NCBI GenBank assembly: GCA_965222075.1
Contig: OZ244937.1
Span: 5,152,001-5,216,000 of the forward strand
From: Candidatus Latescibacterota bacterium
GTDB lineage: Bacteria > Latescibacterota > UBA2968 > GCA-2709665
Length of the DNA: 64,000 nt
Direction of reading: 5' to 3'
Every line of letters starts with the position of its first letter. Position 1 is the first letter of the stretch. This document shows positions 10,581-20,683 of this stretch, one piece after another. The notes under the pieces are model-generated. The model did not search any database, was not told the origin of the DNA, and saw nothing but the letters and a program-made list of their open reading frames with translations. The position numbers and the translations under genes are program-made.

Positions 10581-12671
10581 ATGAAGCAGCGAAAAATCCA
10601 ACGGATCGCGTTTCTTCAGGATTATCGCAACCGGCCGGAGTCGCTTGTGGAGGAGATTCCGGAGGTGGCCGGCCTGGGTTACCACGAGGTGACGGTATCG
10701 GCGCGGATCGGGCACGAAGAGGCTGTGAGGGCGGTGGCCGGCAAGGCCGACGAATACGGTCTTGAGGTTTCGACCTTTACGGGATTTATGAAATACGCGT
10801 ATGAGTACCTGGCGGAGCATCCCGAGCAGAAGGCGGTGTTCAGCAAAGATGCGGACCATCAGGAGTTGGGGGACCTGCCGGCGGTGTGGGGTTGTCCGTA
10901 TAACGCGGTGTTCCAGAAGCGCTATCTGGATTTCCTGGAAAGGCTGGGTCGCATTCCGAACCTTACGGAAGTGTGGGTGAACGACGAAGCTTATTTCGGC
11001 AGGGACATGGATCTGCTGGCCTGCTACTGCCGGAGCTGCCAGGCGGACTGGGACCGGGAATTCGGCGGGAGGATCCCGATGCCGCCGTTCAAGGACCTGG
11101 AGGAGAAGGCGCGGCTGGTCACCTGGCGGTTTCGGCGGTGGAACGAAGTGCACGGCAGGATGAAGGCGGTGTTGAACCGGGATCACAGGGTCCGGGCGGT
11201 ATTTCAGAGCGGCCCACAACCGTTCTGGGACATCAATCCGTGGGTGTGCGGCATAGACATCGACGGGATGGTTGAGGCGATTGACGGTCTGGCCGTGGAT
11301 GCTTACCATACGTGTGTGCTGCCGGCGGTGGGGAGCGGGTTGTTTACGCCTCCTGAGATATTTCTGAGCGAGTGCTGTCGCTTCATTCGCGGGATGACGC
11401 TGGGCGAGGACAAGGTGAGCGTGATGCTGGCGCAGGGTATGTCTCACCCGGAATTTCACAGGCCACTGGACGAGCGGGATGGGTGGTGGTCGGCCGTGGT
11501 CCCACCGGCCCTTGGCGTGGATCGGGTGACGACCTATACCTACCGGCTTCAGCGGGTGTCGCCGATGCACCGGACCTTCCAGGAGGCGTTTCGGCTGGAC
11601 CCCTACTTCGAACGGACCGAGCCCGTGGTATCCGTTGCGGTGGTTGACAGTCTGGAAACGCAGTGTTACGACGAACCGTTGCCCGCCAGGGGCCGCGAGA
11701 ACTGGCGCTTGAGCCGGATGTTTTCGGTGGGACAGATGGCCGCGCATTACGGTCTGCCCCATGGGTATCTGCCTTCGTCAAAGCTCTCTCCCGAACTGCT
11801 CGAGCAGTATCCGGTGGTGATCCTGCCCAATGTTTCGTGCCTGTCCTCCAGCGCGCGTGATGCGCTCCTGGAATATGCCCGCAATGGCGGAACGCTGGTG
11901 GCGGCGGGGGAGACGGCCACCCGCGACGAGATGGGACACCCGTCGGACGGGTCGTTTCTAACGGAGGCGTTTGGGATTACGTCCTGTGTGCCGGAAGGGG
12001 GTTCCCACGTGTTTTCGCCCACGGGCGAGCACGAGGCGTTCGCGGGTCTCCCGTGGCCGGATGAGAGGACGGCCTGGGATCCCTGGAAGGGCAACAACCA
12101 CCCGGTGCTGGGACTGGATCTCGCGGTCCGGGCAGAGGCGGGCGGCGAGGCGGAGGTGCTGGCGGTCTTCGATGAGCCCCTGGCCGCGCACCCGGCGATT
12201 ACCGTAAAGCGGCTTGGGGCAGGCTACGGCGTGTTCGTAGCAGGCATCCCTTCCCGCTGGATAGATCAAAGGCCAGCGGGCACAAATGTCCTGAGCTTTT
12301 CCCGCCAGGTGGTAGCACAGCTAATCCTGTCGCTAACAGGGAATAAGCTGCCGGTGAGGGTGAAGGGCTTTCCGCCAAGGGTGCCGTTGCAGGAGGTCAG
12401 GCCGCTGGATATTCGCTGGAAGCCGACGGTGGAGTTCATGCCTTCGGTGGGTGAGGATCTCTACCTTGTGGCGGTGCCGTCCTATTTCAGGGAGCCCGGC
12501 GCGTTCGAGATCGAGGCCAGGCTGCCGGATGGGAAGCAATGTCGGGAGGTACGGGAACTGGTGTCCGATCATCCCGTTACGGAGATGAGACAGGATGGGC
12601 GGACGGTGGAGATTGATGTTAACTTGACCACCGAGGATTTTTTGAAGGTGTATGCTTTTTTTCTGATGTAG
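10581..12671 (+). CDS. GH42-like TIM-barrel protein with beta-galactosidase trimerisation-like domain
   Basis: CPYN, EVWVNDE, CYC..CQ, LEQYPVVILPNV..LS..LLEYARNGG.LV; paralog of 22127-24148. Confidence 0.7.
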   Translation: MKQRKIQRIAFLQDYRNRPESLVEEIPEVAGLGYHEVTVSARIGHEEAVRAVAGKADEYGLEVSTFTGFMKYAYEYLAEHPEQKAVFSKDADHQELGDLPAVWGCPYNAVFQKRYLDFLERLGRIPNLTEVWVNDEAYFGRDMDLLACYCRSCQADWDREFGGRIPMPPFKDLEEKARLVTWRFRRWNEVHGRMKAVLNRDHRVRAVFQSGPQPFWDINPWVCGIDIDGMVEAIDGLAVDAYHTCVLPAVGSGLFTPPEIFLSECCRFIRGMTLGEDKVSVMLAQGMSHPEFHRPLDERDGWWSAVVPPALGVDRVTTYTYRLQRVSPMHRTFQEAFRLDPYFERTEPVVSVAVVDSLETQCYDEPLPARGRENWRLSRMFSVGQMAAHYGLPHGYLPSSKLSPELLEQYPVVILPNVSCLSSSARDALLEYARNGGTLVAAGETATRDEMGHPSDGSFLTEAFGITSCVPEGGSHVFSPTGEHEAFAGLPWPDERTAWDPWKGNNHPVLGLDLAVRAEAGGEAEVLAVFDEPLAAHPAITVKRLGAGYGVFVAGIPSRWIDQRPAGTNVLSFSRQVVAQLILSLTGNKLPVRVKGFPPRVPLQEVRPLDIRWKPTVEFMPSVGEDLYLVAVPSYFREPGAFEIEARLPDGKQCREVRELVSDHPVTEMRQDGRTVEIDVNLTTEDFLKVYAFFLM

Positions 12672-12694
12672 GTGTGATCGGCCGATCACACCTA
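12669..12694. repeat. Perfect 26-bp palindrome (REP-like) between convergent genes
   Basis: taggtgtgatcgg|ccgatcacaccta; preceded by g, giving a GTAG start. Confidence 0.7.
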
Positions 12695-12727
12695 TCACTG
12701 ATTTGTGATCAAGCGATCCATCCGAAA

Positions 12728-13162
12728 TCAGGAACGCGGGTTCCGTGACCGCACCCATGCGTCCACGCCGTATTTTCCTGAGCCGACCAGTAGAAACATC
12801 ACCGCGATGGCCAGGTACAGAAGCGCCATCTCCTTCCTTCCGAAGGGGTCCGCCGCGTGGACGCCAAATCCGGCGACCAGCATCGTAAAGCCCATAAAGA
12901 ACGTGCCTGGCCGGGTGAGCAATCCAAGCGCCAGCAACAGCCCGCCGCCAAACTCCCCGAAGGCGGCCGCCCACGCGAAAAACTCGGGTATGGGAAACCC
13001 CAGTTTTCCCGTACCGGCCACAAGCCCGGCGGAAGGCGGGACCTTTCCCAGCCCGTGCCCCAATGCCATACTCAGCCCTGTAAACACCCTCAGGATCGCC
13101 AACCCGACATTTGCCGGGATCGACTCAATAACCGCTCCGCCAAATAGAAGTCGCCTGATCAT
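12728..13162 (-). CDS. DoxX family membrane protein
   Basis: GLAILRVFTG..HGLGK, EFGGGLLLALGLLTR, G.GKYGVD. Confidence 0.88.
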   Translation of the reverse strand: MIRRLLFGGAVIESIPANVGLAILRVFTGLSMALGHGLGKVPPSAGLVAGTGKLGFPIPEFFAWAAAFGEFGGGLLLALGLLTRPGTFFMGFTMLVAGFGVHAADPFGRKEMALLYLAIAVMFLLVGSGKYGVDAWVRSRNPRS

Positions 13163-13176
13163 AATCTACCTCCCAA

Positions 13177-14937
13177 TTATGGATTGAAAGTAAATAAAGG
13201 GTGTAGGTTTTGATTTACGCAGCTTTTTTCAAAAAGAGGGCCCCAAATCCGGCGGATTTTTGCACCTGAAAAACCAAATGCTTTCCAAACCAATTTGTCA
13301 GCCGTGCGCATAAGTTCGATTTTTTTGTCGGACGTGCACTCAAAAGCCTGTTTTGCCATTTTGACAAGTTGGATTGCTGGAGCTGAATCTGGCCTTGGGA
13401 GAGGGAACCGCTCAACATATTGAGTGATGAATCGTCTTCTTCCGGCATATAATTTATTGTTGAAACTTCGGTCGTAAAAGCACTCTATAAAAGAGGAGTT
13501 GCCTACAGCAAGGGCCAGCCAGGTAAGCTCGTTTTCTTCAGAGCATGAAATCCAATAGCAGTCTCCGTTTACTACGGTGCCATCCAGGTCCAGCCAAAAT
13601 GTTGGATGTTCAGCTATATCCCGAAAAACGATTTTGGCTTTTTCCCAGGCTTTCGGATCCTGGGGTACCCATATTTCGTACCATTCTCTTCCTGCTTCAA
13701 TTACATACTTCCTGCCCTCAAGCTGATTTCTATGTTCTTCAAGATACGCTTTCGATCTTGGGTAACTCGCTAGATCGACGGCACAACGCTTTCCTTCAAG
13801 AATAGTGTGAGGGTAAAGAATCTTGCTTTTTGGTGTCTTTGACCTGTACGGATTTCCAATGTGATGGGTTGTCAAATTTTTCAGCAACTCCGGTCGCTCA
13901 TCCAAAGGCATGTCATCCCAATCTGATCTTATGAATACGCGATCAGCAGTCGTTTTAACTCCCACTCTGACCTTGCCAAGATCCTTGAAGGTGGCAGCCG
14001 TGTTCCTGCTGACTCTACTTAACCATTCTCTACTTTCCTTTGTAGATATTCGCCAAACATCCTCTGGTTTTCGCCCTGAATCCAACTCTCCCTTTTGGAC
14101 CCTGAAGTATCCGTTAGATTTTGTCTTGACATACCCGCCACATCGAAGGGCTTCGATTGGACTCTCGCAATTGTGAGCTCTTTTAACGGGATCAGAAGTG
14201 TAAATTGAAGTGAATTTGGCAGTAATAGGTGGCTTTCGAAAGGTTTTTGGTTTCAGCATCAGGACCGCTGGAAGCACAGCCGCCTCAAAAAGTTTTGTGT
14301 CACCAAGATCCCAAATATGTGCAATCTCATACATCTCTTTAATCCTGGCTCTTACGGTCTCCCCGGATCTGGTCGTCATGAACCGATTAGATACGATTAT
14401 TCCAAGAATGCCCCTCGGATGAATATATTGGGCTATCGCGATAATGAATGCATAGTAGAGATCCACCCTTCCTGCCAATCCGAATCGGCGAGCTATGTCT
14501 TGGGATCTTTTGGACCCCATTACTTGAGTTCTCACATAAGGTGGATTTGAGATCACGAGATCGAATTGCTTTGGTTGTCGGCCTTGGAAAAGGCCAGGCT
14601 GGGAGAAACAGCCCACTGATTGAGCAAGGAAATCCTGATTGTTGAACTCAATAGAAGCTTTTGGAAACTGGTCCTTTATTCTAGTCTCCGCAGAAAGCAT
14701 CTCGGACTGATTCGTTTCGTATCCGCTCACGGACAGATTTACATCCATTTCTTGTAAATTTTTCAAAACAGCAAGTAATAGTTCGCCGTCACCCAGCGCG
14801 GGATCGAATACATTTATGGCGCGTGTGTTTCTTGGCGGCTTCCACAATTTCAGCATTTCTTCTGCGACAAATTCAGCCAGAACAGGAGGGGTGTAATGCG
14901 ATCCCGTTGATTTCCGTTCTGAATCGACTCTTATCAT
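13177..14937 (-). CDS. N6-adenine DNA methyltransferase (Eco57I/TaqI-like), orphan
   Basis: G.HYTP, FDPALGDG (motif I), ISNPPY (motif IV), DLY..F; visibly AT-richer than the flanks. Confidence 0.88.
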   Translation of the reverse strand: MIRVDSERKSTGSHYTPPVLAEFVAEEMLKLWKPPRNTRAINVFDPALGDGELLLAVLKNLQEMDVNLSVSGYETNQSEMLSAETRIKDQFPKASIEFNNQDFLAQSVGCFSQPGLFQGRQPKQFDLVISNPPYVRTQVMGSKRSQDIARRFGLAGRVDLYYAFIIAIAQYIHPRGILGIIVSNRFMTTRSGETVRARIKEMYEIAHIWDLGDTKLFEAAVLPAVLMLKPKTFRKPPITAKFTSIYTSDPVKRAHNCESPIEALRCGGYVKTKSNGYFRVQKGELDSGRKPEDVWRISTKESREWLSRVSRNTAATFKDLGKVRVGVKTTADRVFIRSDWDDMPLDERPELLKNLTTHHIGNPYRSKTPKSKILYPHTILEGKRCAVDLASYPRSKAYLEEHRNQLEGRKYVIEAGREWYEIWVPQDPKAWEKAKIVFRDIAEHPTFWLDLDGTVVNGDCYWISCSEENELTWLALAVGNSSFIECFYDRSFNNKLYAGRRRFITQYVERFPLPRPDSAPAIQLVKMAKQAFECTSDKKIELMRTADKLVWKAFGFSGAKIRRIWGPLFEKSCVNQNLHPLFTFNP

Positions 14938-15506
14938 TATTCCCCCATCGCGCAGTTGGGTTTTACAGATCCCAACAGATAATACTAAACATCATCCGTC
15001 AAAATGATGTGCTTGCCCTGGCGTGCAATGCGAAAACCCACTTTCGCCGAACGCAGCTTCTTGGGCGAGAATTGGAGTCGGTCATATTGCCGATATGGTT
15101 GCTCTTTGTCCCACAAAAGATTACCTTATCATGCCGTACAACAGCAGTCGGGTATGGGTTGAATCGAGCGCGCATGAGACACCACCCGGTTTCTTGATGA
15201 TAATCGCCGAACATACGAGATCGAAAGCGGTGCGGTTGGCATAACCGAAGTCTTCCCAAGCCTGCAAGATAATGTGTGTCCCAAGTATAGTCTATAACAA
15301 GTCGAAAAGCAAGAATGAGGCGAATCTTCGTTTCCCGTGTCCCTCCGGGGCAGGAACACCGATTGCGTGGAGGTGTTTGGTATCAACGGTGAGGGTACAC
15401 TGAGGCGGCTTTTGGACACATTCTGCATCAAATAACGGCGGACAAGAGGGGATGGTTTTGGAGCTTTGACTCTGGTCTGTGGCCCGAGATAAAAGGAGAG
15501 GAGCAC

Positions 15507-16667
15507 ATGAAAATAACGGACGTGAAGGTGCTGCCTATTGATCGATATCTGTTTGTCCAGGTTTACACGGACGAGGGAATTGTGGGGCTGGGTGAATCGG
15601 GTGCGTGGGGATACCTGGAGGCCTCCGAGAAGGTGGTGGAGAGTTTTAAGGGATATCTGATCGGGCAGGATCCACTGCGGATCGAACACCACTGGCAGTA
15701 CCTGTATCGGTGCACCCACTTTCGGGGGGCGGCGATTATGGGGGCGTTGAGTGCAGTGGATATTGCGCTCTGGGATATTGCGGGGAAGTTTTTCGGGGTG
15801 CCGGTCTACCAGCTTCTGGGGGGGAAGTGTCGGGACAAGGCACGGGTGTACGGGCATGTGATCGGGCGCACCAAAGAGGAGCTTGTAAAAGGCTGCGTGC
15901 AGGCCAAGGCAGAGGGATATACGGCGGTGGGGCACCTGACGCCGTTTCTGGACGAGTTACGCAGTGTGCCTTATTATAAGACCCACGCGGACAAGATTCA
16001 CGACGCGATCCGGACAGTTGCGGCCTACCGGGAGGCGGTGGGCGACGAGGTGGATCTGTGCATTGAGATCCATCGGCGGCTGGATCCGGCCGAGGCGATT
16101 GTGCTGGGCCGGGGGATTGAGCCTTATCGCCCGTTTTTCTACGAGGACCCGATCCGCCCGGACAATTTTGATGCCATGGCGGAGGTGGCGCAGAAGATTC
16201 ACATTCCGATTGCGACGGGGGAACGACTCCACACAATCTACGAGTTTGAGATGCTTTTGACTCGCAATGCGGTTCAGTACGTGCGGCCGGATGTGTGTAT
16301 GGCGGGGGGCATCACCCATTGCAAAAAGATCGCAGCCCTGGCCGAGGCACACTATGTGGATGTGGTTCCGCACAATCCGCTCAGCCCGGTGAGTACGGCG
16401 GCCTGCGTTCAACTGGCGGCCTGCATTCCCAATTTTGCACTACAGGAGTACCCAAGGGGCGAAGGGCAACCGCCGAAGAGTGAGATCGTATCCGGGACGC
16501 TCACTTTGGAGGACGGTTTTTTGATTATTCCCGATGCGCCGGGCATCGGAGTGGAACTCAGGGAAGGGGCGATGGAGAATTACCCCTTCCTCTCGCACAG
16601 GCCGCTGCTTGATGAGGGAATGATGCTCACGCGGCTGCACGTAGACGGGTCGGTGGTGGACCAGTAG
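15507..16667 (+). CDS. Mandelate racemase/muconate lactonising enzyme family acid-sugar dehydratase (galactonate dehydratase-like)
   Basis: DIALWDIAGK..PVYQLLGG, FYEDP, ATGER, RPDV..GGIT, PHNP. Confidence 0.9.
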   Translation: MKITDVKVLPIDRYLFVQVYTDEGIVGLGESGAWGYLEASEKVVESFKGYLIGQDPLRIEHHWQYLYRCTHFRGAAIMGALSAVDIALWDIAGKFFGVPVYQLLGGKCRDKARVYGHVIGRTKEELVKGCVQAKAEGYTAVGHLTPFLDELRSVPYYKTHADKIHDAIRTVAAYREAVGDEVDLCIEIHRRLDPAEAIVLGRGIEPYRPFFYEDPIRPDNFDAMAEVAQKIHIPIATGERLHTIYEFEMLLTRNAVQYVRPDVCMAGGITHCKKIAALAEAHYVDVVPHNPLSPVSTAACVQLAACIPNFALQEYPRGEGQPPKSEIVSGTLTLEDGFLIIPDAPGIGVELREGAMENYPFLSHRPLLDEGMMLTRLHVDGSVVDQ

Positions 16668-16739
16668 TGGTGGAGTCAGAATCGCTTATCTTCGCAGATG
16701 TAGAATCCCATGTTTACCTAAACCCAGGAGGACCCACGG

Positions 16740-17534
16740 ATGTCTCAGCAGATCACCGATGATCAGTGGACTCAGTTTGAAGAGGAAGGCTATCTTCGCC
16801 TCGGAAAGGTGATGGACGACGACGAACTGGCGGGGTTGCAGCAGCGCATCAACGACATTATGCTGGGCAAGGTCAAGGTCTACGACCAGATGTACATGCA
16901 GCTGGACAGCAACACCGGGGACTACTCGGAGAAGCGGACCACCACAAGAGGGCACCGGGTTTCGACGCTGAACTACCGAAAAATCCAGGACCTGGAGTTC
17001 GATCCCCTGTTCCTGTCGTACATGCAGAAACCCCTTTTTTGGGAGATCTGTGCGAGGGCCTACGGCCCCGATACTCCGATTTCCTGTTATCGGGCCATGT
17101 TTATGAACAAGCCTGCCGGGAAGGGCACACACCTCCCCTGGCACCAGGATCGGTTTAACATTCTCGATACCAATCCGATTGCGACCGTGTGGATGGCGCT
17201 GGATCGGGTGACCGTTGAGAATGGGTGTGTCGGGGTGGTGCCCGGGTCTCATCGCAGCACGTTCGAGCAGGACGATTCGGCCGCATTGGCTTTTCTTACC
17301 GAAGGGCAGGCCACTGTCGTTTTGGCTGAAACAGAGCCCGAATACCTCGAGTTGGAGGCGGGCGAAGCGGCCCTGCTGCACAACTTGCTGCTCCACGGAT
17401 CCGGCGTGAATAAGACCGACACCTCACGTCGCGGGTTCAGCGTTTGCTACATGGATGCCGCGACCCGATCCGAAAGTGGGACGACCTTCTCCATCATCTT
17501 CGGAGAAGGCGCGCTGAGTCCGGAGAGCTTGTAA
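16740..17534 (+). CDS. Phytanoyl-CoA dioxygenase (PhyH) family Fe/2OG enzyme
   Basis: F.EEGYL, WHQD, ENGC..VVPGSH, LLHGSG.N..R. Confidence 0.9.
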   Translation: MSQQITDDQWTQFEEEGYLRLGKVMDDDELAGLQQRINDIMLGKVKVYDQMYMQLDSNTGDYSEKRTTTRGHRVSTLNYRKIQDLEFDPLFLSYMQKPLFWEICARAYGPDTPISCYRAMFMNKPAGKGTHLPWHQDRFNILDTNPIATVWMALDRVTVENGCVGVVPGSHRSTFEQDDSAALAFLTEGQATVVLAETEPEYLELEAGEAALLHNLLLHGSGVNKTDTSRRGFSVCYMDAATRSESGTTFSIIFGEGALSPESL

Positions 17535-17573
17535 ATCGCCCCGCCGACACCTGTTTAGCCAAGGAGTTCGGAA

Positions 17574-19586
17574 GTGGAAGGCTCTGCGGTGAGAGACCAG
17601 AAAGGTGATGGCCTGGCGCCGAATGAGGAGGCTGCCGGGCGGGACGGTTTAACGCCCCGTGCGTTTGGGGTCGGGCTTGTCCTGTGCGGTCTCATGTGTC
17701 TGGGGCTTACCTACAACCGGATGATCCTCCAGGGCTCCTTTATGGGGAGCGGGTATTACATGGACCGGGGGGCGCTGTTTGTGTTATTCCTCCTGGTCCT
17801 GGCCGTTAATCCGGTGCTGGGCTTCTTTAAGAACAGGTTTGTGCTGAAGCGTGGCGAATTGCTGGCAATCTACACCATGTTTCTTATTCTCCTGCCCGCC
17901 TGGGTGATGACCAAGCCGGTGATTCTCTATACGACCGGTGCGATCTACCACGCTACGCCAGAGTTGCGTCATATCGAGGCGGTGCCCCCCCACCTGCTCC
18001 CCTGGCTGGCCCCCCAGGGGTGGCAAACGGTTAAGGATCTCTACGAAGGGCTGCCGAAGGGTGGGTCGATTCCGTGGTTGGCGTGGGTTGTGCCTCTGTG
18101 GAGCTGGGGGTCTTTCCTGATCGTGCTGTTTGTTGTGCTGATCTGCCTGGGGGTGCTGATGCGGAAACAATGGGAAGAACACGAGCGGTTTGTGTTCCCC
18201 CTGATGCAGGTGCCGCTGGCGATGGTGGAGGCAGAAAAGGGAAGGCCCGGTCCGCTGTTCAGGAACTGGTTGATGGTTGCGGGGTTTGGGATACCGTTTC
18301 TGGTCGGTTTGCTGAGGGGGCTGCGGTATTATTATCCCTATATGCCTGTTATAGGCCTGGGGAGCTACGTCCGGATCTTCCGGCGGACGATGGTTTTGCC
18401 TTTCAAAGTCCATTTCCTCGTGCTTGGATATTCCTTTTTTGTCAATTTGGACGTGAGTTTCAGTCTGTGGGTGATCAACCTGATTACCAAGGTTATCCGG
18501 GGGGCGCTGGCGATGTTCGGCGCCGGGCAGAGCTGGGGGGTGTCCGGGGTGGTGGGACGTCACAGTTCTCAAGGGTCGGAGTTCCTGGCGATGATGGGGA
18601 TGGGGTATATCCTGTCTCTGGCCGCGTACAGTCTGTATGTGGCCAGGGGGCACCTGCGGCAGGTGTGGGAAAAGACAAGGGGGAGGCCGTCGCAGCTGGA
18701 CGATTCGGAAGAGATCATTCCGTACCGGACGGCAGTGCTGGGCGTTGTTCTGGGTGCAGGCTACCTGGGGTTGTGGCTCTATCAGTCGGGGATTTCACCT
18801 CCGCTGGTCCTGTTTCTGCTTTTTTCCAGTTTTGTGGTGTTTTTCGTGATGGCCCGGATTGTGAGTGAGACGGGTTTTGTTGCGACGTATTCGCCGATCA
18901 ATCCGTCAGAGTTCGTCGTGTGCGCGGTGGGATCCTCGGCGTTCAGTCCGGCAGGTCTGGTGACGCTGGGGATCAGCTACGTGTGGACGATGACGCGGCT
19001 GAATACGCTGATGCCACACGCTCTGGGGGCGCTGCGGCTGGCGCGGGAGATCGGACGGAAGCAGGGGCTGGCCTGGGCGATGGGGGCGGCGCTGGTGTTG
19101 GGGTTGGCCGCTACGGGGTATATGACGTTGAATCTGGGGTATACGCACGGGGGCGTGAACATCGACTATCCGTGGTTCAGCAATGTCAACGATGCGGCCT
19201 CTCCATTCGACGAGTATATCGGACGTCGGCTGTTGGAGCCAAGCCCGATCTTCACGATGGGGTTCCTCTATACGGCTCTGGGCTCCGCCGTTGCAGCCAT
19301 CTTTATCCTGCTTCGGGTACGGCTGCCCTGGTGGCCGCTTCATCCGGTTGCGCTTCCGCTGAGTACGATCTGGTATATGGACTGGTTCGGGTTCAGTGTG
19401 TTCCTGGCGTGGGGGATTAAGGCGATCATCTTGCAGGTTGGTGGGGCGGACCTCTACAGGAGGGCGCGCCCGTTTTTTATCGGGATGATTCTGGGGGAAG
19501 TGATGTGCTCGGGAGGGTGGTCCGTGGTAAGCGCTTTTACAGGGAGGCTCAGGATCTGGCCGTTTATGGGCTACTGGGGCTCGTGA
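17574..19586 (+). CDS. Polytopic membrane protein, DUF6785/DUF6784-like, putative transporter (paralog 1)
   Basis: Many hydrophobic segments; motifs GLTPRAF, RKQWEEHERF.FP.MQVP, RIVSETG, WWPLHP, RPFFIG.ILGE. Confidence 0.8.
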   Translation: MEGSAVRDQKGDGLAPNEEAAGRDGLTPRAFGVGLVLCGLMCLGLTYNRMILQGSFMGSGYYMDRGALFVLFLLVLAVNPVLGFFKNRFVLKRGELLAIYTMFLILLPAWVMTKPVILYTTGAIYHATPELRHIEAVPPHLLPWLAPQGWQTVKDLYEGLPKGGSIPWLAWVVPLWSWGSFLIVLFVVLICLGVLMRKQWEEHERFVFPLMQVPLAMVEAEKGRPGPLFRNWLMVAGFGIPFLVGLLRGLRYYYPYMPVIGLGSYVRIFRRTMVLPFKVHFLVLGYSFFVNLDVSFSLWVINLITKVIRGALAMFGAGQSWGVSGVVGRHSSQGSEFLAMMGMGYILSLAAYSLYVARGHLRQVWEKTRGRPSQLDDSEEIIPYRTAVLGVVLGAGYLGLWLYQSGISPPLVLFLLFSSFVVFFVMARIVSETGFVATYSPINPSEFVVCAVGSSAFSPAGLVTLGISYVWTMTRLNTLMPHALGALRLAREIGRKQGLAWAMGAALVLGLAATGYMTLNLGYTHGGVNIDYPWFSNVNDAASPFDEYIGRRLLEPSPIFTMGFLYTALGSAVAAIFILLRVRLPWWPLHPVALPLSTIWYMDWFGFSVFLAWGIKAIILQVGGADLYRRARPFFIGMILGEVMCSGGWSVVSAFTGRLRIWPFMGYWGS

Positions 19587-19660
19587 GCGTTGTTAGAGCG
19601 ACGCAGCCGTTGAACACGATGGGTGGATCTCTGGTTTTGCACGCTTAAGGGAGGATCATT

Positions 19661-20659
19661 ATGGAAATTCGACGTTCGATTTCGACGCCCCTTCACCGTC
19701 TCGAATGGCAGCGGCGGGACCAGCCCATCCTGTCGGCGATGACCACGAATCAGGACTGGTGCCGGGTGCAGCTTTATAATCCAACGGTGATCCGGGTAGG
19801 CGATCGATACAGAATGTGGTATCTGGGCAACAGCACCGCCACACGGACAGGTGATATGAACCTGGGCGTTGCGGAGTCCGCGGACGGATTGCGCTGGACC
19901 GAATATCCGGGGAATCCGATACTCACTGAGAGCGACCTGCCGTTCGGCAGCGCCTGGCAGACGCCCCACGTGCTTTTCGATGTGGATGAAAACCTCTACA
20001 AGATGTGGTTTATTATGCTTGCCGGGCGCCGGAGTGCAGAGGGCAGTCTGGTGGATATCGATCAGAAACTGGGCTACGCGACCAGTTTGGATGGTCTGAG
20101 CTGGGACGTTCACCCCGAGCCGATCTTCCGAGATGGACGGCGGCCGTTTGTCATGAAGGACGGACCGAACGCCTACCGGATGTGGATGTGCTCATCTCCG
20201 CATCCGGAGGGAGATTTCGGGGATCTGGTGAGTCACATCTATCGGTTTGTGTCGAGCGATGGCCTGAATTGGACGCGAGACCCGGAACCGATGCTGTCGG
20301 CCACAAAGACGCATCGCAGCGTGATCTATCCGTGCGTTTTGCAGGACGAGAGTGGTTATACGATGTGGTACGGCTGCCATGTGGAGGGCGCCTTCGAGAT
20401 CTTCTGCTCGACTTCGGTGGATGGATTGAGGTGGACGCACCACCTGGATAGGCCCGCCTTTCCCGCAACGCGCGATCCCAACGATTTCGACGGACGGTTC
20501 ACGTCGACACCGTGCGTGCTGGACGACGGAGACCGGTATCTGATGTATTACTGCACGCGGGACTGCGGCAATCTCTATCGGGCTGGAGATGGGACGATTA
20601 TGTTCGATCAGGCCGGCATCTATCGGCACATCGGCGTGGCGGTGTGCCCAAAGGAGTAA
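19661..20659 (+). CDS. Five-bladed beta-propeller, glycoside-hydrolase-like
   Basis: YNPTV..YRMWY, AES.DGL.W..YPGNPILT; clear paralog of 7601-8602. Confidence 0.75.
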   Translation: MEIRRSISTPLHRLEWQRRDQPILSAMTTNQDWCRVQLYNPTVIRVGDRYRMWYLGNSTATRTGDMNLGVAESADGLRWTEYPGNPILTESDLPFGSAWQTPHVLFDVDENLYKMWFIMLAGRRSAEGSLVDIDQKLGYATSLDGLSWDVHPEPIFRDGRRPFVMKDGPNAYRMWMCSSPHPEGDFGDLVSHIYRFVSSDGLNWTRDPEPMLSATKTHRSVIYPCVLQDESGYTMWYGCHVEGAFEIFCSTSVDGLRWTHHLDRPAFPATRDPNDFDGRFTSTPCVLDDGDRYLMYYCTRDCGNLYRAGDGTIMFDQAGIYRHIGVAVCPKE

Positions 20660-20683
20660 AACCTTCTTACAGAGGAGAAACTC

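Noticed and set aside
14940-15450. Small ORFs upstream of the methyltransferase as a possible endonuclease or controller protein
   Set aside because: No PD-(D/E)xK, HNH or HTH pattern recognisable
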